Shown here: positions 33,215-40,315 of the stretch, piece by piece
Layout: every line of letters begins with the position of its first letter
How positions within the stretch are numbered: position 1 is the stretch's first letter
Source: an uncultured bacterium
GTDB taxonomy: Bacteria > Patescibacteriota > Minisyncoccia > Phycocordibacterales > UBA9973
Direction: 5' to 3'
Length of the DNA: 48,489 bases
Assembly: GCA_903904195.1 (NCBI GenBank)
Contig: CAIVBM010000033.1
Span: 1-48,489 of the forward strand
Made by a program: the position numbers and the translations under genes
The notes under the pieces: generated by a model
Database searches by the model: none
What the model saw: the letters and a program-made list of their open reading frames with translations, nothing else
Told to the model about the DNA's origin: nothing

Positions 33215-33243
33215 ATTATACCCCCAGTGGTGGCTCCTGTCAA
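33215..33243 (-). promoter_or_regulatory. Perfect consensus promoter TTGACA-17-TATAAT driving island C
   Basis: Reverse complement of 33238-33243 is TTGACA, which overlaps the tsaC stop codon. Reverse complement of 33215-33220 is TATAAT. The spacer is exactly 17 nt. Confidence 0.65.
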
Positions 33244-33815
33244 TCTCTTAAAACTTCAACTGAACCGTCTTTTTTTAGCCTAATTACTTTAGAAGCTTTG
33301 CCTTTTATCTCTCCCCCATCAACATATAAATCAACAGAATCTCCAAAATACTTTTTCGCTTCAATAATATTTAGCGCCGGAGGCAAACCTTCAAGGTTTG
33401 CCGACGGCGCTACGAGCGGACCTGTTTCTTTCAATAAATCCTGTAAACCTCCTTGCGCAGGCAAACGAAAAGCTAGCGAATTTGTATCACGATGTAAATA
33501 TCTAAATTTCTCTTCATTACAATCTAAAATAATACTTACCGGTTCTGTATTTATAGACCAATATTTTTCTAATACTAATTTTTGTTCTTTTGAAATATTT
33601 ATTGAAAATTTTCCTAAATCTTTAATGTCAGAAATTAAAATAATACATGGCTTGCTCGGCGCACGCTTTCGTATTTCATAAATCCTGTTTACTGTTTTCT
33701 CATTTTCAGCTTTTCCAACAATTCCATACAAAGTATCTGTGGGCATGACAACCACACCACCCTCTTTAAGTGTTTTATGTAGATTTTTATCATTCCATAC
33801 ATCATTTTTTTTCAT
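33240..33815 (-). CDS. tsaC: L-threonylcarbamoyladenylate synthase, TsaC/YrdC family
   Basis: VVVMPTDTLYGIVGKA, RKRAPSKPCIILI, LAFRLP and PSAN motifs of the YrdC domain. Confidence 0.85.
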   Translation of the reverse strand: MKKNDVWNDKNLHKTLKEGGVVVMPTDTLYGIVGKAENEKTVNRIYEIRKRAPSKPCIILISDIKDLGKFSINISKEQKLVLEKYWSINTEPVSIILDCNEEKFRYLHRDTNSLAFRLPAQGGLQDLLKETGPLVAPSANLEGLPPALNIIEAKKYFGDSVDLYVDGGEIKGKASKVIRLKKDGSVEVLRD

Positions 33816-33855
33816 TTGAAATAATCTTACTCTTAATATACAATGTAGACAACCT

Positions 33856-34245
33856 ATGATAAAAGAATTCGAAAAAAACCTTGATAAATTAGAGGAAAAA
33901 ATAAGAGAAAGATTGAGTCGTTACCCTACCCTTTATGCCTTAATAGGAGGTATTGGAGTGGTCTTATTCTGGCGTGGCATATGGCATATGGCAGATGATA
34001 TCAGCATGACTAGCGAAGTTTCTTTCATATTGGGATTTATTATCCTTATAACAACCGGCCTTTTAGTATCAGAATTCATTGGAAAGAAACTCATCATTTC
34101 TGGACTTGTGGGTGAAAAGAAGATTGAGGAAAAAGAAGAAGGTGAAATAGAAACAGAAGAAACTCAGCTAAAAAGCTTAAAAAATATCTTAAGTAAGGTT
34201 GAACAAAAACTCGACCACATCGATAAAGAAATAGGCGAAAAATAA
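33856..34245 (+). CDS. Hypothetical 2-TM membrane protein with an acidic coiled-coil tail
   Basis: ORF track. TM segments are LYALIGGIGVVLFWRGIW and FILGFIILITTGLLV. Confidence 0.55.
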   Translation: MIKEFEKNLDKLEEKIRERLSRYPTLYALIGGIGVVLFWRGIWHMADDISMTSEVSFILGFIILITTGLLVSEFIGKKLIISGLVGEKKIEEKEEGEIETEETQLKSLKNILSKVEQKLDHIDKEIGEK

Positions 34246-34252
34246 AAAAATG

Positions 34253-34324
34253 GGAGATATGAGAGGATTGCACTCTCGCTAACAGCTCCACAAGCTGCTG
34301 TGCTACTACTACACCAATATCTCC
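34253..34324. other. 72-nt GC-enriched structured element closed by GGAGATAT/ATATCTCC
   Basis: An outer 8-bp stem encloses two 5-bp hairpins (GAGAG..CTCTC and CAGCT..AGCTG). ATG lies on both flanks. Confidence 0.3.
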
Positions 34325-34395
34325 ATGTATTGCTATTTATATCAATAAATAAGAAAAAAAGAAAGCTTTTATAAAGATAATTTTAATATTTTTTG

Positions 34396-34479
34396 TGCGC
34401 GGAGGGAGATTTGAACTCCCATGCCCTTGCGAGCGCTACCACCTCAAGGTAGTGCGTCTACCAGTTTCGCCACCCGCGC
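34396..34479 (-). tRNA. tRNA-Leu (anticodon GAG), type II with long variable arm
   Basis: Hand-folded cloverleaf. Acceptor is GCGCGGG/TCCGCGC and the D region is TGGCGAAACTGGTAGACGC. The anticodon arm is CTACC-TTGAGGT-GGTAG and the T arm is GGGAG-TTCAAAT-CTCCC. No encoded CCA. Confidence 0.9.
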
Positions 34480-34498
34480 ATATAGAAATTATAGCAGA

Positions 34499-34972
34499 TT
34501 ATTTTACAACTTCAGTTTTTTCTTCAGCTGCTACTTCTTCTGCCTCTTCTTGATTAGTTACAGAACGCATTTTACTGCGAACGTCTTTGACTGCTTTTGT
34601 ACGAATATAGTAGAGCTTTGATCTGCGAGCTTTTGACTTCTTGGTTATTTCAATTTTATCTATCATTGGAGAATATAGAGGGAAAATTCTTTCTACACCC
34701 ACACCAGAAGCTATTTTTCTGACTGTAAAAGTAGCACCCATTTCTGTGCCGTGTTTTCTAGCGAGAACGATACCTTCAAAAGCCTGCAATCTGAACTTGT
34801 TTGCCTCAGACTTTTTATCATCTTTCTTTTTCTTGTCTCCTTTTTTCTCGGTTTTTTCTTCTAAAATTTTAGACCAGACGTTTACTGTGTCTCCAGCCTT
34901 AAAATTAAGAGCCTTGCGGGCTTCCATATCTACCGGACTAAACTTTATATTGCTCACTTTATTTCCTGTCAT
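34499..34972 (-). CDS. rplS: 50S ribosomal protein L19 with a Lys-rich internal insertion
   Basis: GDTVNVWSKI, FEGIVLARKHG, TFTVRKIASGVGVERIFPLYSP and RRSKLYYIR. Confidence 0.9.
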   Translation of the reverse strand: MTGNKVSNIKFSPVDMEARKALNFKAGDTVNVWSKILEEKTEKKGDKKKKDDKKSEANKFRLQAFEGIVLARKHGTEMGATFTVRKIASGVGVERIFPLYSPMIDKIEITKKSKARRSKLYYIRTKAVKDVRSKMRSVTNQEEAEEVAAEEKTEVVK

Positions 34973-35020
34973 ATGTAGAGAAACATTACCACAATAGATT
35001 CATTTTTGCAATTTTATTCA

Positions 35021-35072
35021 CCTCACCCCTTGCTTTCCCCTCTCCTTGATAAGGAGAGGGGTTGGGGAGAGG
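35021..35072 (-). repeat. GC-rich palindromic element CCTCACCCC...CCCCTCTCCTT-gat-AAGGAGAGGGG..GGGGAGAGG (family copy 2)
   Basis: A perfect 11-bp inner stem plus an outer imperfect stem. It abuts the stop of 35073-36779. Confidence 0.5.
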
Positions 35073-36779
35073 TCAGATGAATTCCTGCTGATAGCAAGTT
35101 TCACAATAGACCGTTTCCGTTCTATCCGGAGCATATGAAGTCCTGATTGCCTTTCCACATTTCATGCAAGTTCTATCATAGAGTTTCGGCATTTGTAATT
35201 TATCAAATCGAGAATTTTCCCGACACCTTAGACATCTGGTTGGCAGAGGCATATTCATTTTTCGCAATAAATCAAACTCAATCGAAGCTATTTTATATTT
35301 TCTGTCGCAAGTAGTACAGGAAATTATTTCTTTTAAGATCGATTCATCGACTTTATTTATAGTTTCCGGTAAATCTTTTCCGGAGATGATAGCATCAGCT
35401 TGCTTTTCCACCTCATCATTCCAAGTATAACCGCCAGCCAGAGCTTCTTCTCTTGTTTTCGTAAAAAATTTACTTGCATTGGAATTATTGTAAGCAAACT
35501 TACTGAAACCGGGGAGGAAAAATTCCCCATATGGCCAAGCTCGTCCGAGTTCGTCTATGTATGGATTCTTTTTCATATCTTCTATTATTTTTTCTTTTAA
35601 TTCTTCATATTCTTTTCTAGAATACTCTTTATTTAAAATACAGTAACTTTTATGTTTCAAATTAATACAGCCAAAATCGTTTTTCGATCCAACACACCAT
35701 AAGGAATATTCAGTGTTTTCAACGCCGACAATACAATCAAGGGAAAATTTAACATTACTTACATCTTCACCAACATTCAAAGATTCATAAATAAGCTCGG
35801 CATTATTTCCCCAACCGGAATAATCCATGCAATCTTTTGCGGGTTTAAAAGTAATAAACTGACAGTATTTGCAATTTTCCGCATGCCCAGCAATATACAT
35901 TTCTTTTGAATTTTTTGATTGATAAACATATTCGCCGGTAACATTCAGATTAAAACTGTCTCCGGTATAAGAACGATACGGAAGTTTTTTCCATAATTTC
36001 TCGGCCTCTTTTTTGAACTCATCTATGCCTGAACGAGTCTCTAATTTTAATTTTTTTAATTTTTCTAAATATCCTTCGCGGGTATACTGAACATTAAAAA
36101 TTTTATAAGAAGAGTCGCGCAAATTTACGCAGCCGATACAATTCATGCACCCATAACAATTGCGAGAAAACCATACGTCACTACAGGAATCGCACTCTTC
36201 CGAATAAAAAGTTCGATAACAACCCCTTCTTAATCCGATTGATTCATAACATAATTCGGAACTGAAAATTCTTAAAGAATCAGCAGTATCTTTGGCCTGA
36301 TTGAGAATAGAAGAATGATAAACATTTTCGCAATAATCCGCCCATATTGCCAGAGTGCAATTTTTTGAATAAGAAATGGCGTTACTATAATCACAATTTT
36401 TTAAATTTAAATAAGTACTTTCGATAGCAGGATAAGGAGTTTTTTCAGATAACTCTTTCCATTGCGTCAAAAAAGGTCGGCTTGCGTCGTAGTCCATAGC
36501 ATATTCTGTACCATCCCAATCATCACCCCACCAGCAAGGCTGACAATAAACCGTAATTTTCTGATGCGATGGATACATAGAAAGAGTGCGTTTTCCGCAC
36601 TTGTCGCAATTGCGATAAAAAAGTGACCAAGCGTTATAGCAAGATAGTCGCCTTATCATCCTGCATTCCGGACACCAAGTGGGTGCTGGAACATTTATTT
36701 TTTCATAAAATTTAAAATCTTCCGGCTCTATTGTGAAATCTTTTTTACAGTTTTGACAGGATTTAGTTAGAGCTTCCAT
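35073..36779 (-). CDS. Cys-rich 568-aa protein with homologous N- and C-terminal four-CxxC (double zinc-ribbon) modules flanking a Cys-rich repeat core
   Basis: The N-terminal module has CQNC..CPEC..CDKC..CQPC and the C-terminal module has CTTC..CLRC..CMKC..CETC. Both share the motifs (P.P..C..CR, LY.R.C..CGK, VYC..C). The central part has NC/GC-rich short repeats. Confidence 0.8.
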   Translation of the reverse strand: MEALTKSCQNCKKDFTIEPEDFKFYEKINVPAPTWCPECRMIRRLSCYNAWSLFYRNCDKCGKRTLSMYPSHQKITVYCQPCWWGDDWDGTEYAMDYDASRPFLTQWKELSEKTPYPAIESTYLNLKNCDYSNAISYSKNCTLAIWADYCENVYHSSILNQAKDTADSLRIFSSELCYESIGLRRGCYRTFYSEECDSCSDVWFSRNCYGCMNCIGCVNLRDSSYKIFNVQYTREGYLEKLKKLKLETRSGIDEFKKEAEKLWKKLPYRSYTGDSFNLNVTGEYVYQSKNSKEMYIAGHAENCKYCQFITFKPAKDCMDYSGWGNNAELIYESLNVGEDVSNVKFSLDCIVGVENTEYSLWCVGSKNDFGCINLKHKSYCILNKEYSRKEYEELKEKIIEDMKKNPYIDELGRAWPYGEFFLPGFSKFAYNNSNASKFFTKTREEALAGGYTWNDEVEKQADAIISGKDLPETINKVDESILKEIISCTTCDRKYKIASIEFDLLRKMNMPLPTRCLRCRENSRFDKLQMPKLYDRTCMKCGKAIRTSYAPDRTETVYCETCYQQEFI

Positions 36780-36783
36780 AATT

Positions 36784-37566
36784 TTATTTTACTATATTTT
36801 TGAATTCTTTTGGAATTGGTGATTCTATTTTTATAGCTTTACCCTTTAAATCTCTAAATTCTATTGAGTTTGCATGCAATGCCATACGAGACAACCCTTT
36901 TGGACAAGCACCATTTGGATTATAAAGAGAATCACAAATCACAGGATGATTTAAGAATTTCATATGCACGCGGATCTGGTGAGTCCGGCCGGTTTTAGGA
37001 CTGATTTCTATAAAAGTAAATTTTCTAAGCGAAGGCTTGTGAAAATTTTTATCTCCGAGGGTCCCACCGCGTACTCGCGGAAGGGCGCAGGAGGAAAAAT
37101 TTTCACAAGCCGAAGCGTTAAATCTTTTTAAAACTTTATATTGAGTTATGGCTTCACGAATTTCCCCCCGCACACCACGACCCGCTAAATATCTGCGGAA
37201 ATCTTTTGGACTTCGTCCAATGGGTTTATTTATTACTCCCCTATCAAATTTTACCCAACCATCCACAAGGGCGACATATACCTTTTTCATTTCCCTATTT
37301 TGAAATAGGCTTTTTAAAAATTCATATGATTTTTGGTTTTTTGCCAAAAGTAATACTCCAGAAGTATCACGATCTAATCTGTGTACGATGCCAGGTCGCA
37401 GTATTTCCCCCATCGGCTCACCGACATTTTTCATCTTTGGATAATTTTTTAATATCCAATCAGTAATAGTCTTTTCTTTACTCCTTCCATCTCCATGCAC
37501 CGAAATACCTGAAGGCTTTTCTATGGCTAAGATATCTTTATCTTCATATAATATTTTTATTTTCAT
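36784..37566 (-). CDS. rluD: RluA-family 23S rRNA/tRNA pseudouridine synthase (RluD-like) carrying a 27-codon in-frame insertion
   Basis: HRLDRDTSGVLLLAKN catalytic Asp motif and KTGRTHQIRVH. Confidence 0.85.
   Translation of the reverse strand: MKIKILYEDKDILAIEKPSGISVHGDGRSKEKTITDWILKNYPKMKNVGEPMGEILRPGIVHRLDRDTSGVLLLAKNQKSYEFLKSLFQNREMKKVYVALVDGWVKFDRGVINKPIGRSPKDFRRYLAGRGVRGEIREAITQYKVLKRFNASACENFSSCALPRVRGGTLGDKNFHKPSLRKFTFIEISPKTGRTHQIRVHMKFLNHPVICDSLYNPNGACPKGLSRMALHANSIEFRDLKGKAIKIESPIPKEFKNIVK
37035..37110. mobile_element. 76-bp MITE-like element with 16-bp perfect terminal inverted repeats and a 5-bp direct duplication, inside rluD
   Basis: The TIR is GCTTGTGAAAATTTTT (37035-37050) paired with AAAAATTTTCACAAGC (37095-37110). 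CGAAG flanks both sides at 37030-37034 and 37111-37115. The core is GC-rich and contains CCGCGTACTCGCGG. Confidence 0.65.
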
Positions 37567-37568
37567 TG

Positions 37569-37640
37569 TGTCCCCGGTAGGAATCGGACCTACATTAGAA
37601 GGTTAGAAACCTTCTGTTCTATCCATTGAACTACGAGGAC
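37569..37640 (-). tRNA. tRNA-Arg (anticodon UCU)
   Basis: Hand-folded. Acceptor is GTCCTCG/CGGGGAC and the D stem is GTTC/GAAC. The anticodon arm is GAAGG-TTTCTAA-CCTTC. The T arm is GTAGG-TCCGATT-CCTAC, so its loop has C where the near-universal U55 is expected. Confidence 0.8.
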
Positions 37641-37646
37641 AACATG

Positions 37647-37719
37647 TGCGCGGTGAGGGACTCGAACCCCCGACCTTCCCGGTGTAAACGGGTTGCTCTA
37701 CCAACTGAGCTAACCGCGC
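37647..37719 (-). tRNA. tRNA-Val (anticodon UAC)
   Basis: Hand-folded. Acceptor is GCGCGGT/ACCGCGC and the D region is AGCTCAGTTGGTAGAGC. The anticodon loop is TTTACAC and the T arm is GGGGG-TTCGAGT-CCCTC. Confidence 0.9.
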
Positions 37720-37757
37720 AAAACAGCTAACCGTACAACCTATACAAATTAACATTT

Positions 37758-38072
37758 TTATAGCGATGGGTCAATGAAGGGCGCAGGAGAAATTAATATC
37801 TGATTTGATTTTTGTTTTCTAATAGAAAAATAATCAAACGCTTTTCCGATCTTGTCTTTGTTTACTGTTTCAAACTGTCCACTAGTACTATTTGATTCTA
37901 AAACAGGATCTTTGTTTATATTTACAAAAAGATAGTAACCATAAAAAATAGAAAAAATTACCACCAAAAACATAATGGGAACAGCTAATTTCCAATAAAA
38001 ATTTATGCTCATCCACAAGCTTTCCTTTTCTTTCTTAAACACTTTTTCTTTTTTAAAAAATTTTATTTCCAT
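37758..38072 (-). CDS. Hypothetical single-TM protein at the end of the pilMNO cluster
   Basis: ORF track. TM segment is WKLAVPIMFLVVIFSIFYGYYLF. Same strand as pilO and immediately downstream of it. Confidence 0.5.
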   Translation of the reverse strand: MEIKFFKKEKVFKKEKESLWMSINFYWKLAVPIMFLVVIFSIFYGYYLFVNINKDPVLESNSTSGQFETVNKDKIGKAFDYFSIRKQKSNQILISPAPFIDPSL

Positions 38073-38087
38073 TTTTTATAATTTATT

Positions 38088-38624
38088 TTATAAAACAAAA
38101 CTCAAAAGCTTTATCTTTAAAACAACATCCCACACAGAAGCTGGAGCCCCCTTGGTCCCATCTGGTACTGCTTCTTTTTGTATATCTAAGCTTATAAATT
38201 TTATCTCATAAGGAGAGTTTTCTAACATTGTTATAAATTTATAAAGACCACTAAAAGATCCCGATGCTTTCATCCCAACTAAAAGACCAGTGTTGTCGGG
38301 CGATATGTCTACAGAAGTGACTTCTGCTTTTACACCTGTTTTTGGAGCTAGCCCTTCAATAGTATTTAAAAATGGCACGGCATCAGAACTTTGAGCAAAG
38401 TGAGTTTCCATTTGAGTTTTCTCTTCTTCTATTGCCTTGAGAGAATTATTAAGAGTCTTTATTTCGTTTTGTCTATTATTTTCATTCTGCCAATCTGTTT
38501 GCTTTAACTGCAACCCTACATTATTACTTTCTATTGCATTATAGAAAAAAAAGAAAATAGAAAAGAAAATAAACAAAAATATTATTGAAAATAGAAATTG
38601 TATTTTAGGAAAATTGTTTTTCAT
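38088..38624 (-). CDS. pilO: PilO-like type IV pilus assembly protein
   Basis: N-terminal TM segment, a coiled-coil segment, then a globular domain. Lies directly after pilN. Confidence 0.5.
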   Translation of the reverse strand: MKNNFPKIQFLFSIIFLFIFFSIFFFFYNAIESNNVGLQLKQTDWQNENNRQNEIKTLNNSLKAIEEEKTQMETHFAQSSDAVPFLNTIEGLAPKTGVKAEVTSVDISPDNTGLLVGMKASGSFSGLYKFITMLENSPYEIKFISLDIQKEAVPDGTKGAPASVWDVVLKIKLLSFVL

Positions 38625-38627
38625 ATA

Positions 38628-39182
38628 TTATGCAGGAATTAAACTTAATGAAAACCCTATATTTGAACCTTTGACGAAATTAGAAATCGGAAGATCAACC
38701 TGTTTAAAAGTAACATCGGACTGAAGAGCTTGTCTAAATAAAAGCAACACTTCACGAGAAGGAGCAATACCTTTAATAATAATTTTCTTATCTTGTGCAG
38801 GACTACTTTGTGACCCTTCATCATAAGAAATATCAGTAATTTTGATTTTTAACATCTTTTTAAGAATTATGGCATTTATTACTTTTTCAGAAACAACAAA
38901 CTTACTGTTTTCAGCATTTTCCACTATGTCTATTTCCTTATTTAAATTCTTAATCGTCAAAATAACATTTTGGTCTGGTAAGGGAACAGATTCACTCTTC
39001 TGCGCCTGTAATTTTTCATCTAAAATATTATTTTTCACAGAAGAAAGAAAATACGATGGTAAAATAGCAATAGTAATAGCAAAAAAAGAAAAACTACATA
39101 TTATAAAAAATAAAATCACGAGTTTATAATAAAAACTCTTCGCCATCTCTTTCCTCTCTTGATTTGGAATCAAATTTATCAT
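38628..39182 (-). CDS. pilN: PilN-like type IV pilus assembly protein
   Basis: The N-terminal MINLIPNQERKE matches the conserved PilN INLLP motif and is followed by one TM segment. Lies directly after pilM. Confidence 0.65.
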   Translation of the reverse strand: MINLIPNQERKEMAKSFYYKLVILFFIICSFSFFAITIAILPSYFLSSVKNNILDEKLQAQKSESVPLPDQNVILTIKNLNKEIDIVENAENSKFVVSEKVINAIILKKMLKIKITDISYDEGSQSSPAQDKKIIIKGIAPSREVLLLFRQALQSDVTFKQVDLPISNFVKGSNIGFSLSLIPA

Positions 39183-39185
39183 AAA

Positions 39186-40280
39186 TTAATTGTTATCAAA
39201 ATCTCGTAAAGCGAGCCCCAAAGCAGCTGCAAATGAAAGTGCTTGTTTAAAATCTATGTCCGGAATATATTTTTCTGTATCTAATATATTCACCCAAACA
39301 TTTGCCATATCTACTTTATTCTTCATGCTGACAGAAAAATAATCAGAAAGTCCTATTAAATTTGAATCACCACCACAAAGAATTATCTTTTCTATTGGAG
39401 GATTGCTCTTACCTTCTTCATCTTTGTGTGTGTGCCAATATAAAAAGTGTTTGACTAACTCATCACGTAAAACTGATACACTATTTAAAAGAACAGAAAA
39501 TATCTCTCTATTTTCGGTATTACGCTGAAGACCATACTTTTTCTTCATCTTTTCTGCTTCTTCAACACTTATTTTGAAATTCTTTGCAATCATATCGTTT
39601 AACATCACTCCACCCACATCGAGTGTAGAGGTAAACATCACAACCCCACGAGATACAATAAAAATACCCGTATTTTTTTCTCCAAAATCAACAATCATAT
39701 AAGTCCCCATATCACCTTTTTTTATAACCGCTCTAGAAATGGCTTGCGCTTCTAGTTCAAAAGACTGAACGTTAATTCCAGCATGCTCGAAAACCGAAAG
39801 ATAACTCTCAATGACATTTTTGGGAACAGTCGCTACCTGAAGCTCTAGACTTTGAGCGTCTTCAGAGATTACTTCGTAATCAAAAATAGCATCCTCGGCT
39901 GTTATCGGAATATGTTCTTCTAAAGAAAGTTCAATGCTCTCCCTAACGCTTACTAAACCTTCTTTTTCTAATTTAAATTTAAAAAGATATACTTGTTCTT
40001 CTGGTAAAGAAACACGGACAGACTTGATTCCAAATTCTTTTCGAAGGGACATCAAAACTTCTTCCACTCGTTTTGTATCTATGATTTTCCCTGACTCAAT
40101 AATGCCAGACGGAATAGCACGTTCTCCATGTCGGCCAACTTGAAAACCATTTTTAGTATTTTTCAGCTCTAAAAATTTGAAAGATTCATCCCCTATATCC
40201 AATCCAAAAGAAGGCATTGAAAGAAATTTTGGGACAGGAAAAAACCTGAAGAAAAATCTATCAAATGAATTCATTAACAT
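39186..40280 (-). CDS. pilM: PilM type IV pilus assembly protein (actin-like ATPase fold)
   Basis: FGLDIGDESFKFLEL and the later IVDFGEKNTGIFIV and ILCGGDSNLIGL motifs. Start set to the first ATG (40280), 6 nt after TATAAT (40287-40292). Confidence 0.75.
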   Translation of the reverse strand: MLMNSFDRFFFRFFPVPKFLSMPSFGLDIGDESFKFLELKNTKNGFQVGRHGERAIPSGIIESGKIIDTKRVEEVLMSLRKEFGIKSVRVSLPEEQVYLFKFKLEKEGLVSVRESIELSLEEHIPITAEDAIFDYEVISEDAQSLELQVATVPKNVIESYLSVFEHAGINVQSFELEAQAISRAVIKKGDMGTYMIVDFGEKNTGIFIVSRGVVMFTSTLDVGGVMLNDMIAKNFKISVEEAEKMKKKYGLQRNTENREIFSVLLNSVSVLRDELVKHFLYWHTHKDEEGKSNPPIEKIILCGGDSNLIGLSDYFSVSMKNKVDMANVWVNILDTEKYIPDIDFKQALSFAAALGLALRDFDNN

Positions 40281-40315
40281 AACAACATTATACAATATTC
40301 AGTTTTATATCGCTA

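Noticed and set aside
34253-34324. A fifth tRNA gene
   Set aside because: The outline is cloverleaf-like, but there is no GTTC-type T loop. The anticodon-like loop has only 5 nt and the third arm is a 3-bp stem.
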